A DNA stretch of 64,000 nucleotides. Origin: Schizochytrium sp. TIO01 (Eukaryota; Protista; Bigyra: Labyrinthulomycetes). The position numbers were made by a program, and so were the translations under genes. The notes beneath the pieces were generated by a model. That model worked only from the letters and a program-made list of their open reading frames with translations. It made no database searches and was not told where the DNA came from. Below are positions 33,801 to 42,338 of this stretch, piece by piece. Location of the stretch: contig SMSO01000014.1 of NCBI GenBank assembly GCA_004764695.1, positions 3,033,648 through 3,097,647 of the forward strand. Direction: 5' to 3'. Every line of letters starts with the position of its first letter. Within the stretch, counting starts at the first letter, position 1.

Positions 33801-36800
33801 CTTGCGGTACATCAGCTTGTCTACACTCGTAAATCGATCAAAGACAAAAGTGTAGACAGGCTTCTGAATGATAGCAGAGAATTTATCACGCATAACTGCC
33901 CGAGAGAATTCCAAAAGCGCGTGTGGAACAACTTGGACGACTAGCGATTTACCGTCGCCAAGAAGAAGAGCCAGAAGTGGGCCGACGACGGTAGTTTTAC
34001 CAGCACCCATAATCATTTGGTGACAACGTGACTCGCCATTTTGCAATGCTCCCATGAAGTCATACACAAGCTCAACCTGTGACTTGCGCAAAAGAATACT
34101 ATACGTAAATTCGAAAACAAGGAATCGTGGATCGTAGGTGTATCGAGATTGTCCACTGGTTGGTTGGTGAACATAGTGGCGATGAGCCGTTAGCTCGGAG
34201 ACTACTGCATCACTTTTTAATTGGAGGGCCGGCTCGGGTTCCTGAGCCGCCAATGCACGATAGAGCTCGTGTGCGGCACCAATGGCTCGCAAAGTCTGCG
34301 CCATGCGATTCACACGCATTAGAATAGCAGTACACAAATCATGCACCTCGGTGAGAGTTTCCCTTGTTAAGAACGGATTCAGCTGTGAAAGGTGGAAATC
34401 ACCAAGTCGTGACATTAGGTTTCCAACAAGAAGCTCAAACCATATCTTGGGTTCGTTACCACTGTACTGATTCAATAAGTAGCCAAGACGCTTCCGCATT
34501 CCATATTCCCCATATGTTTCCTTTGAGGAAACATCAACCCAATTGACGAGGTCAAGCATGCTTGTCACAGACGATTCAGCAATTTTGCTGTCTCGTTCGT
34601 ATAGCTGCTCTAGCTTGAGAATCAAATCCTGGATTTTATCGCGCTGTCGAAGCTTATCAATTGTTGCTGTATTTGAAATGCGCTCAAACGCAGCAGCATC
34701 ATCACGCATACGCTTTAAGAGATCCAGAGCAATATGAGAGCGAGCCATAGCATGCTTATCAACCTTGAGCAGCTGTTCTGGGTCTCCCTTCGGGACAAGG
34801 CTGACTTCGGCCATACCAAGACTCTGACGAGATTCGTGTGAAACATGCGGCTCCAAACCGATGGATTCAAGTGGCGCAGAGGAGAACGCCCTCGCTTCCT
34901 TCGCCTCGAGACCGACAAAACTGCTTCCGTCTGGGCCAGTGGCTTCCAAAGGTCCAAACTCTCTAGATTCCAAGCCCAAATCAAGGACACGAGGCGCAAG
35001 CCAAGCACGATCACGGCGATGATTTGCACTTAATGGAAGGCTCACGTGTGTTCCTGGACGCCACGGTGTAAATTGGGTTGTTGTAGGCGGCCAGTGAATG
35101 GCTGCTGCCTTGCTTCGAAGCAAGCTGTTACAGCGTTCCAGGAGTTTTTGTACTACATTTTGCCCCTTGAAAATGACCGTGAATTTGTGTTTACGATCAT
35201 CCTCGTACTTAGGCATTTCACGAATAAGCTCTGGGTTATTAGAGAGGATCCGTAGAATTGAAGTCATTGTCTGAGTCTTTTTGAACTTGTGGGGAGGCAT
35301 CATATGTAAAAGTGCACACGCCCAGTTGTACGGGTTATCATCATCCAGGATGCGAACGGACAAGGTACCTGTCATTAATTCATAAAGAAAGAGAAATCCC
35401 TTCGATGTTTCACCTCCTCTGATAGAAACACCCCGCTGCACCATATCGTTGAAGATTCGCAAAGCTTCCACTCCGCTCGTGTCTGCAGGACGTTCGTACG
35501 ACATTGGTTTGAGCGATGAAAACGCGCGCAATGTTCTTCGCCATGAGGATGCATTCTTGCGATCCTCAAGTGCAGTGTCATCTCGGACTTGATCAAAGCA
35601 CACGCTTGGTTTCGGGCGTTGAGGATGAAAGACTACAAGCTCATCAAGATCAGTCTTGGAAGTTTGTCCAAGTGCAGTAAGTTGCATAGCGTTTAAGAGG
35701 GCCCGGCGATTGAACAAAAGCTGACCATTATTTCGCTTTGAAGCGCGTAGCAGGTTTCGTGCGGGTGCACTATTTGCAATTTCCTCCAAAAGGGTCAATT
35801 CTTCTGATACAGAAAGGCGACAACTCGCGCTTACGCGTCGATGTTTGATTGCATACAGGGACATTTCTTGAACCAAATTCCATGGAAGTCGCATCACATT
35901 GCGAGATCCTATTGTCACAAGACTGAGCTTCAAGCGACAAGCATGAGCATCGGGATGCATATCAAAATTCATACTTCCAAGGAGATCTAGAAGCTGATCT
36001 TCCTCGGCTGAAAGCTCGGTGTCAGTGACACATGCATCTGCAATTCTATATGCCTGTTCATAACGACGAGACATGAAGCGCATGAGAAACAGATAAAGTG
36101 CTGAGCTCAATGTTGGGGTGAACAAGAAAAGCTTGGATAAATGCACCGGGTACAGATAGTGACGCACATCGCCAAGGTTTGAGTTCCATTCAGGACTTGT
36201 TTTATTCAGAACTAGTTCCGTGGCAAAAAGGAGCTTTGGAACGACTGGGCGTGTTGGAAATGCTGTAGCTGCAACCAAAATGAAAAGTTCACCCTTCCAG
36301 TTCTCCAGGAGCACGGCATGTGGTAAGCCTTGAAGGAGATTGATAACTCGTGGATCACGGTTCGAGCTGATGTAAAGACCAGTATGCTCCTGGCTAAATA
36401 ATTTCAAGTTTGATGGGGTGCCAGGCTGAGCAGCCTCTTCCTGCAAACGGAATGAAAGTCTCACTCGAGGAAGTTCCACAAAGTCAATGCGGCATACGTC
36501 ATCTGGTTTTTGCACATTCGAATACGTCCAAACAAGAATATGTGATAAGTTGTCAAGACGCAGCAAGATGTTTGAGAGCTCTTTCAGAGGGCTTGAGGCA
36601 GGGGCATGCAACAAGTTAAGTAACGTATGGCATTCCTCAGTTCCCATACGAGGACCAGAATCTATTGTGATGTATCGCCGAATAAGTGCATAAGCCTTAG
36701 AATTGCCATAACCACTTGTATCATCTGGACCATGAGGTATAATTTCCACATGAAGACGTGATTTAGGCTTCACAATTCTGCTCATACGATCCTGCGAGGC

Positions 36801-39800
36801 CTCTTCGTCCTTTGGAAGATGATCTAGATTACCCCCCTCTTCGTTTCCGTCCGTTCGAACAATCTCATAGCCAATAAGAGCCTTACTTTCGAGATCTTGC
36901 CAGAATTCATACTCATCGAGAAGACTCTCAGGAATGAGACCTTTCAGAAGACGGCGTGGGATGTATTCTTGAACTCCCATTTCCTTTGTTAAGTTTCGTG
37001 TGATGACAAGGGATGACGCGGGTGGACGTGGTTTGTCACGAACGGATCCAATGCTAAGTACTGGCGAACCAGTTGACCAGGACAACGAAGGGACCTCTCC
37101 AAAGTCACCAAGGCAAAAACTTGGATCGGAGCTGTAGACAAGTGAGCGGTACCAGCGGCGGCCGTGTTCAATGACTTCATACACATGTACAACACGAGGT
37201 ATCTGGAAGACGACAACCTCAAGGAGCGTTGGCGGAATTGGACGAGAAGGGGTGTCGGGTGGAAGATCGGGATCGAGATAATAGTCAGGTCCCTTTACAA
37301 AACCACCCAACACAGCAAAACTCTGCTTGCCATAAGAGTTCTTTGGTAAACATAGCTCAACATGAGAAAGAATCGTATTCGCGTATGGATCCAAGGTGGC
37401 CTTGATCCAACCTTCAGTGGCATCGAGAGAACTTGGGTATGGGCGTGGGTATGGGTTCTCTGCATCCGCGCGCCAGTCTGGAGTCCATAATTGCACATCA
37501 TGGCGACGGCCAACGAGACGCTTCCAACTGCGATTCTCGGTGTCCTTGACCTCTGCACATTGAATTCCATGGCCAAGGTTGGGATTGATATCACCAAAAA
37601 CATCCCGAAAGTCCTCCATATAGACAAACTGATCATCCAGCAGTTTCATAGGGTGCTTCTTCAATGTAAACTCGCCTATTTGCACATTAATTTCTGTATC
37701 TACGCTTTGCGTAGTCACAACACGCATCCATTCTTCAAAGTCTCGTACCTCACGTGCTTCGTCAAGGCAGCGCCGCAGCTCGTTCACCTCTGTGTCAGGC
37801 ATGAAGCGGCCAAGACACCCAGCGATTTCCGGCGATTGCCATGTACGAATGAGAATGTCAGGCTCTTCAGATGTTTTTGACTCTGTGACCATACCACTCT
37901 GCTTATCTTCAGTAAGACTGATCACCCTTACAATAGCCTCCATGGTCTTATTTCTATCTTGTGGGTTAGCCTCAAGCCAGCGAAGCATTTTACCACGGTG
38001 TTTTTGATATAGAGAGAAAAACTCGTTCGGTGAAATGCCCAAGTTTAAGGTGTCGTCTGCTTCTCCATCAGCCTTCTTACCAGATCGTTTCACACCCTTG
38101 GCAGCAGACTCTGGGTCAAGTTCCATGTGAAAACGAAAGTTGACTGTGACGAAGATGTACGAAATGAGAATCGCTGATACAACACGACGATCCATATCCT
38201 CCTCTCGAGTTCCCAAACAGAGGTAAGCCATATGAGCATGGAACACACATGCAAGTTGCATTTTACGTGCTTTGGTTGCAACACGACACCATTGATCAAG
38301 CATGGGGTAAACTGAAGAGTCCAACTTGGTTCTGAGCTTGCTGCGCATTTCCACAATGTAGGGGATAGAATCCGTTGTTCCAGGTACATATAAACCACGG
38401 ACCATTGATTCGGGTCCAGAGCGAGAAACGGGATCTTCTGCGACCCTGCGTGCCACTTGCTGTTCAATCTCATCCCGCTCAATAAGAAAATCCATGTACT
38501 CAAGAATGCGTACGACTAAACGGGTCACATATAAGATGACTTGCGAGGACCCAGGTGAGTAATGTCCAACATCGAGTTCAATAGCATAGAAGAGCATATT
38601 TTCCACAGCATCCAGAATGACTCGAGGAGCATGCTGGAGCTCATTAAACAACAAACCCACCGGAGTACAAAGGTGAGAACGATCTTTTGTTGGCACAACT
38701 CGAGGTTCCTCAACAAGGCCATCTGGCTGGAACATCCCTGGTTCGTAGAGGCAAGCATCAAGCACTTCCTGAAGTTTTGGTTCTGACAGCGCAGAAATGC
38801 GAATCTGATCAGAGAAAAACTGTAAAATGAGAGGAATACGTAGGTATGGAGCAGTCAAATACTGCAAAAGCAACTCACTGTCACTTGCCCTAATTTTGCC
38901 TCCAAAGTCGGGAAGATCCTTGACGTGCAAAACATCATCTTCTGTTTCGATATTGGTACCAGCCAAGTTAGAAGCATCGCCTCCAGACGGTGGTGCACGA
39001 GGGAGAGTGTCCGCGCCAAGGCCAACAAAGTCGAGTAGTGAATGCAAAGCAGACTTTTTGACATGTGTATCCGGCCGGTATGTGCGAACGTAAGCTGCAC
39101 ACGCAAGTTTATCTTTTCCAAATCCAGCAACATCTAAGGTAATGCGACGCTCAATTTGAGGAGGATGTCCCTCAGTAGAAATAGGTGCGTTTTCGTCATC
39201 TTTGACTTTTCCAATAGTCCAAATTAGTCGAGCGTCTGTTGCCTTCCAGTGACGAAGCTCCGGCAAAGCATTTGCTGTAGGTGCAAGGAGTGACTTGAAA
39301 AGAAAAACAATATCTCGGAAAAGAGCAAGTTCTGGGTAATGATCTACAAGAGCTGGGTTCTGACCCGCAAAATATGCTGCAAGGCCACGACTACCATCAG
39401 AACGATCAAAGCCCATTTGCACACAAAGCTGGTTCACGAGTCGCTTATCAGCGTCACCAAATTCCATAGAGTGCTCAAAGCGGAACATAACATGATCGAG
39501 GCGCACGGTTTCCTTCAGTGCAGTGAAGTAATCCAATACTTGTGTTCGAGCTGTAGTTAGGTAAGGATCCGCAAACGCCAAGAAACCACTCTCCTCCACG
39601 AAATAGCCAATATCAAAGGCAAATGGATGCACCGGTCCTGCAGCCTGGCCGTCGTAATGAAGTGAGAATTGTGACGGGATATCAGAAGCGTAGACACGAA
39701 CAACACAATCAGCAATCGTTGCAATGCACGCCATCGTAATAATACGCGCTGCATCAAAACTACGGGTAATGCGCACAGAAAGCGCCGCACTGACAAAGTG

Positions 39801-42338
39801 GCGACCTACGAGTTCCAACAAGCGTAAAATGTCAGCTTGTGTCTCGTATCGCATTGCTCTAGAGTACCAAAAACAGTGATCGGGGCGGCGCGGGTCGTTG
39901 CGAGGAAGCGGAAGAGGAATAACTTGAGTAAAAAGATGCTGGATCAGTGCAACACGAATACAATAAGTGTTGCGAATCAGGTCCTTTTGGTTGTCAAGCA
40001 GCGTACACACATTGACACAATGACGAAGGGCTAACGCTACATCGTTGAAATTTTCGACTCGGTCTGGAACTAAGGTGAGCTGGACTGGGCGTAAGATAGG
40101 TGGGGGAGTTGCCTCGCCAGCCAGATGTTCGACACTGCAATCACGACGAAACTGCCCAAACATAGGCATACAAGCTGCCCAGGCAACCTTGCCACTATTT
40201 GGCAAAGCCAAGGCCGGTGGGAGACTTCGCTCATCGAAGGGTTTGCTAAGGGTTGCAATGCGTCCGTCAATTGAGTTAATAAGGGTGGCAATCTCTTGTA
40301 AATGCTCAGTTGTGGTCGGGGAGTTTTTCTCTTCGAGACTGCGTTTTGCAGCATTATCAGCAAGTTGCTTGAGCGCTGTCCGCATTGTCACAGCATCACC
40401 TCCGTAGACCATGTTTACCCTGCTCAAGTCATGCTGCATCATTTCGCAAACTTCCATACGAAAAAGAAGTGACACATGTTTAGCCTGATAATGATTCAGA
40501 CCAAGGAAGATAAGACATTGGCGCATGCATGCTTTGAGCAAGTGAAAGAAGGAGCCATCGGCGACGTCTCGCTGCGTGCGCATATCCATGACCGAGATAT
40601 CATAAGAGGCACGATTATTGTATAAATGCTGACGCGTGAGGTATGACATGAGAGTCTCATAAATCATCTTGGCATTGTTTTTAACATGGTAGAAAATCTT
40701 CGCTCGAAAGAGAAGAAACCAAAAGGATGAGTCGATCAAACGTTCTGCTGGGATGTCTGCGACCGTGTAACAAAGGTTTCGTTTCATTTTGCCAGTTTCT
40801 TCATCCAACCGTGCGGCGTGATAATCGAACCCATCCCAGCGCGGGGTTGGCTCGCCAGCAAAGTTCTGCTGCATTTGTTGTTCTTGCTCTGCCAGAGGAT
40901 GACCAGTGTTACATATAGTAATAGAAAATGTACTCTCCTGTCTTACGAGGATGTACATGACCAAATGGGAAAGGACGCCACGAGTACCCGAGGTCTTGTA
41001 CCCAGTATTCTCCTCAGATCGTCGGTTTGGCTTTGGGGGTGAGGGTGGTGCTGTTTGGCTCTCCGGCCTGCTGTCATCGTCTTTGTTTCCATCAGTTTTA
41101 GAGAATCGCTTTCTCATACTCTGTCGCTTCTTAAAGCTTTTGCGACTGCTAGGGTTGTCAGGCTGCTCAGCTTCATCTTCAGAAGAGTCGGATGATTCAT
41201 CAACGAGATCTCCAACAGATGTATCTGAAGTCCACCCACCGGGGAAGCAGATTACATCTCCGCTGCGCATGCTACGCACTCGCTGCACGAAACCGTGTAA
41301 GAAAGCATGGAAGTCAGCCTTCTGGGTCTGTGGTTGCAAGGGTAGGTTAACGACGACCCATGCAGCCAATGCAAATGCATTTTTGAGACTACGCAATGCC
41401 CACTTATCTCCGTTCTTGGCAACAAGCCTTTCCATAGCAGAACTAATGAACTCCAAAGTCATTCCAAGGGAAGTGAGTTCATCTGTAGGATTAGAAGGCC
41501 AAGTTCCCATGATGTAGCGGTCAGCAGACATACCGATAAATCCCGGATGGCGCCATAAGGGCTCCTTGCCGAGCATAAAACCAGAGGTAGGACCGGCTAT
41601 TGTCACGTTTGATTGCGGAGTGCTTGGAGGTGGCACGTTGAGGGGCATAGAATTCTGAGAAGATGCAGGAGGAGGAGGAGGCTGGGGAACTCCTTGGTTA
41701 ACCCGCAGCGTTGGCATTGATGCCACCGGCGGTGGTCCAGGTGACGTAATGGAGGACACAGATGATGCAGCGGGACGACCTGCAGGGGGTAAAGAGGAAG
41801 CTGACACTGATGAGACCATTCCCGAGTTTGCTGTAGGTCTCAAAGCTGCTGATTGAGCCTGTGATGAGGGCGCAACAGGTTCACAATAGTTTTTAGGGAT
41901 AAGGCCTGATCGTCCCCGAATTGTGCCATACCACCATTCAGGATCCTCAGATTCAACAACTTCAACAATATCCCCGACCTTGACTTCCAGTTCATCCTCC
42001 GCACTAGGCTCAAAATCCCATAGAATGCGAATCTGCTTTTTGCTACTTGAAGGCTTGGACGATGACGGCGTTGCCGATCGTGCCTGGGATGCAGTTGCAG
42101 CAGCAGTTGCGCCAGTCTTTGGGCGAGGTGGTAGCGCGGTGCTAGATGTCCCTGATGAAGCATCATCAAGTACCTTGACATAATCACGTGGGAAGAGTCC
42201 CTCCGGCCCTCCTGGCTTGCGACCTTTCCACCAACCGGCTTCGTCCGTGGAGTTCGTTACCTCAATTATATCACCGGTCTTGAGGCTAATCTCGTCATTG
42301 GACTGAGCATCAAAATCATATAATGCACGGGCCCTCAT
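27843..42338 (-). CDS. giant intronless protein (4,831 aa): 2x SH3, DUF3638/DUF3645 P-loop SF2-helicase-like module, QE repeat, EF-hands, Vps62-like domain, Pro-rich tail
   Basis: ACCATG start. SH3 motifs ALYDFDAQ..EISL...GWWKG..GLFPRDYV and ILWDFEP..WWYG..GLIPKNYC. DUF3638 PRFLVFEF...MGAGKTTV and ILDEVD. DUF3645 LAIPFVGKDCPSRASEFSHPDV. EF loops DLDGNKRLDKDE, DSDRNGKVGCSE, DRDMDGYLSLDE. Vps62-like WRPIPPSPAFVALGMV. Confidence 0.9.
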   Translation of the reverse strand: MRARALYDFDAQSNDEISLKTGDIIEVTNSTDEAGWWKGRKPGGPEGLFPRDYVKVLDDASSGTSSTALPPRPKTGATAAATASQARSATPSSSKPSSSKKQIRILWDFEPSAEDELEVKVGDIVEVVESEDPEWWYGTIRGRSGLIPKNYCEPVAPSSQAQSAALRPTANSGMVSSVSASSLPPAGRPAASSVSSITSPGPPPVASMPTLRVNQGVPQPPPPPASSQNSMPLNVPPPSTPQSNVTIAGPTSGFMLGKEPLWRHPGFIGMSADRYIMGTWPSNPTDELTSLGMTLEFISSAMERLVAKNGDKWALRSLKNAFALAAWVVVNLPLQPQTQKADFHAFLHGFVQRVRSMRSGDVICFPGGWTSDTSVGDLVDESSDSSEDEAEQPDNPSSRKSFKKRQSMRKRFSKTDGNKDDDSRPESQTAPPSPPKPNRRSEENTGYKTSGTRGVLSHLVMYILVRQESTFSITICNTGHPLAEQEQQMQQNFAGEPTPRWDGFDYHAARLDEETGKMKRNLCYTVADIPAERLIDSSFWFLLFRAKIFYHVKNNAKMIYETLMSYLTRQHLYNNRASYDISVMDMRTQRDVADGSFFHLLKACMRQCLIFLGLNHYQAKHVSLLFRMEVCEMMQHDLSRVNMVYGGDAVTMRTALKQLADNAAKRSLEEKNSPTTTEHLQEIATLINSIDGRIATLSKPFDERSLPPALALPNSGKVAWAACMPMFGQFRRDCSVEHLAGEATPPPILRPVQLTLVPDRVENFNDVALALRHCVNVCTLLDNQKDLIRNTYCIRVALIQHLFTQVIPLPLPRNDPRRPDHCFWYSRAMRYETQADILRLLELVGRHFVSAALSVRITRSFDAARIITMACIATIADCVVRVYASDIPSQFSLHYDGQAAGPVHPFAFDIGYFVEESGFLAFADPYLTTARTQVLDYFTALKETVRLDHVMFRFEHSMEFGDADKRLVNQLCVQMGFDRSDGSRGLAAYFAGQNPALVDHYPELALFRDIVFLFKSLLAPTANALPELRHWKATDARLIWTIGKVKDDENAPISTEGHPPQIERRITLDVAGFGKDKLACAAYVRTYRPDTHVKKSALHSLLDFVGLGADTLPRAPPSGGDASNLAGTNIETEDDVLHVKDLPDFGGKIRASDSELLLQYLTAPYLRIPLILQFFSDQIRISALSEPKLQEVLDACLYEPGMFQPDGLVEEPRVVPTKDRSHLCTPVGLLFNELQHAPRVILDAVENMLFYAIELDVGHYSPGSSQVILYVTRLVVRILEYMDFLIERDEIEQQVARRVAEDPVSRSGPESMVRGLYVPGTTDSIPYIVEMRSKLRTKLDSSVYPMLDQWCRVATKARKMQLACVFHAHMAYLCLGTREEDMDRRVVSAILISYIFVTVNFRFHMELDPESAAKGVKRSGKKADGEADDTLNLGISPNEFFSLYQKHRGKMLRWLEANPQDRNKTMEAIVRVISLTEDKQSGMVTESKTSEEPDILIRTWQSPEIAGCLGRFMPDTEVNELRRCLDEAREVRDFEEWMRVVTTQSVDTEINVQIGEFTLKKHPMKLLDDQFVYMEDFRDVFGDINPNLGHGIQCAEVKDTENRSWKRLVGRRHDVQLWTPDWRADAENPYPRPYPSSLDATEGWIKATLDPYANTILSHVELCLPKNSYGKQSFAVLGGFVKGPDYYLDPDLPPDTPSRPIPPTLLEVVVFQIPRVVHVYEVIEHGRRWYRSLVYSSDPSFCLGDFGEVPSLSWSTGSPVLSIGSVRDKPRPPASSLVITRNLTKEMGVQEYIPRRLLKGLIPESLLDEYEFWQDLESKALIGYEIVRTDGNEEGGNLDHLPKDEEASQDRMSRIVKPKSRLHVEIIPHGPDDTSGYGNSKAYALIRRYITIDSGPRMGTEECHTLLNLLHAPASSPLKELSNILLRLDNLSHILVWTYSNVQKPDDVCRIDFVELPRVRLSFRLQEEAAQPGTPSNLKLFSQEHTGLYISSNRDPRVINLLQGLPHAVLLENWKGELFILVAATAFPTRPVVPKLLFATELVLNKTSPEWNSNLGDVRHYLYPVHLSKLFLFTPTLSSALYLFLMRFMSRRYEQAYRIADACVTDTELSAEEDQLLDLLGSMNFDMHPDAHACRLKLSLVTIGSRNVMRLPWNLVQEMSLYAIKHRRVSASCRLSVSEELTLLEEIANSAPARNLLRASKRNNGQLLFNRRALLNAMQLTALGQTSKTDLDELVVFHPQRPKPSVCFDQVRDDTALEDRKNASSWRRTLRAFSSLKPMSYERPADTSGVEALRIFNDMVQRGVSIRGGETSKGFLFLYELMTGTLSVRILDDDNPYNWACALLHMMPPHKFKKTQTMTSILRILSNNPELIREMPKYEDDRKHKFTVIFKGQNVVQKLLERCNSLLRSKAAAIHWPPTTTQFTPWRPGTHVSLPLSANHRRDRAWLAPRVLDLGLESREFGPLEATGPDGSSFVGLEAKEARAFSSAPLESIGLEPHVSHESRQSLGMAEVSLVPKGDPEQLLKVDKHAMARSHIALDLLKRMRDDAAAFERISNTATIDKLRQRDKIQDLILKLEQLYERDSKIAESSVTSMLDLVNWVDVSSKETYGEYGMRKRLGYLLNQYSGNEPKIWFELLVGNLMSRLGDFHLSQLNPFLTRETLTEVHDLCTAILMRVNRMAQTLRAIGAAHELYRALAAQEPEPALQLKSDAVVSELTAHRHYVHQPTSGQSRYTYDPRFLVFEFTYSILLRKSQVELVYDFMGALQNGESRCHQMIMGAGKTTVVGPLLALLLGDGKSLVVQVVPHALLEFSRAVMRDKFSAIIQKPVYTFVFDRFTSVDKLMYRKLLIARKSRAVVCTTPTALKSFFLKLVEAAHLLDAAKYESDDEMRSAPSMIASFFKEAFRMTTKPRKMLTEGEANMLREQMRLSTRILDLFRDGVLILDEVDLILHPLRSELNWPIGNKVPLDFTRSHLRGHDGMRWMIPFHLLDAFFAKDAGQTTLDYTSSRTANKLLKEINEAIKNGCELNLMQQQPHLVLLSRSFYTAKLRGLLAQWMLLFLSTRGLHGISDQDALDYMTRGAKGAPKAAEIINTSLTDESVKMINLAREWIGTFTPFVMAKINRVKFGLLNKSDLEKFMALDPFMPKNRKLLAIPFVGKDCPSRASEFSHPDVVLGLTILAYRYEGLRMSDFMWLLRHLRELLEEDVGPYMKREASRLFIKWVSLAGGRVRGTKVEAHKRRFKASAGVTTEETKFGEQEVNVSDEGTALEDKSGGATGTPRNPEFDDLWPLQLIDLSDAHQIDVLYRLLHRSPHAILYYLSAYIFPETMQHHGLKISACGQELGGNIMFQRRIGFSGTPSDLLPVELGECHYEKGSDGKMLYYLTDPSVMSIRLIENGWSVESLLKAIATAQPTYHALIDTGALITGLSNIEVAAFLLRNGLSEELEGVVFLDSADRKMVLTRSGKVIPLDRSGIAPDRRFSFYDQVHTTGMDIKQAISARAAITLGKDMTFRDYAQGAFRMRGIGIGQTLEVLIIPEVSMLIKLQIAAGRGQTVSPNELSKLAAQNASAQRAQNQEGSYQYSAELAENLREVTEWLVINSMRSEKIQFNLLCEQSTSNVWRKRAHYYILCNTDKVGTRGDISPQSQYLEKSVDAFRERMDFSVATAVPKARPFLEKINTMVTDHQDLIASESDHNIINMIIENMRQAEERSRAAAHSGSLAPTLAGVEGVGSNDEVAKEQVFNAEQVQEQEQEQEQEQEQEQEQEQEQVQQMEPEEYVKKKYSRKDEEPRPWDVDLLGKENAAPAMGLFSCSEFAMHRKLNESPAPIAFPQSMFISRNHYDPGWSLHTHRRIKNVIILMEWVPDLAAITNAPHLLGDTKTRMTDEKRSHLARAFEMLDLDGNKRLDKDELFELMLALDVAPDNLLRGTNEVVGFDDVTVEADEKQGKLVASGGFDGEPLSSEEQREYLENFLIYELADSLKRLYQQNVDINQFGGVDMEGFKALVEQRVFYHLQGGRHFSVLSLYEAECLRGLMHMRQRQGKTIIDNNPNTFVGMHSLYTKSLLDSSLGYKGGSEYHQTSYYETYRFINSEVYFKERHLNMLLRALQVNVPEARERWFEEVRECRRRSRRPLRDTTLHRVFITDHEYTLLEERATISRIKGRIYQRGMFILDAFRAFDSDRNGKVGCSELYGALEWLGIHIQPHQVYAVMRNLDRDMDGYLSLDEFRAAFFDRRLEASMAERGLIVPQENFNDIVIEPKRIEELNSDPRQGQQIALENKALQADVVSQFRVKVKEVHHFNRVWNSRGSMTKLKASVWNPDVESSLLKQNRSKVCLGHYAHGSLDKPGGSKGIFSKSSPSDPIRGVKYTLEMRDNERWGVSGQNELMRPLINRIMPNPVRFNQVWSQQHGSPFFAWRPIPPSPAFVALGMVATTTDSPPDVTSVHCVPKHWCVRSSLKPEKVWEDSGASGGRPGSMWVVNSLRTMVVVEGHEFPEKEIVWDLRDRVFNLTQSDIEAIAQTRNAHGAVSTQDTVTQVPFQAPIATTSMQQGASNRSLQPSASNRSLQPRFDPSASSYSMPPPPVQPRQSMPRTGFTSASSPPAPPVPSQAAQQVIPPPVTPRTSSLPRNIAQANSGTAMHTPPPVPVSQPSQVPTRPPSRSLPHASFSSANQIPARQTSSSVSGLRPPAPQSQPNPTRSASTSAKVPPPLPNKSAEVFARSPSSSSIGSSLPTRSNDPVPSRQEPPRPKVSVQSSSTSAQQFQQNRSQIMARLDAQNGSSGRPTPARPTSMARTSSRPPPPVASTGRAVPQRPSLTPRPKDTTDDDSDGHPLA

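Noticed and set aside
28207-42187. Many short antisense and alternate-frame ORFs within the giant gene
   Set aside because: Expected by-products of a long coding region; none shows a domain signature.
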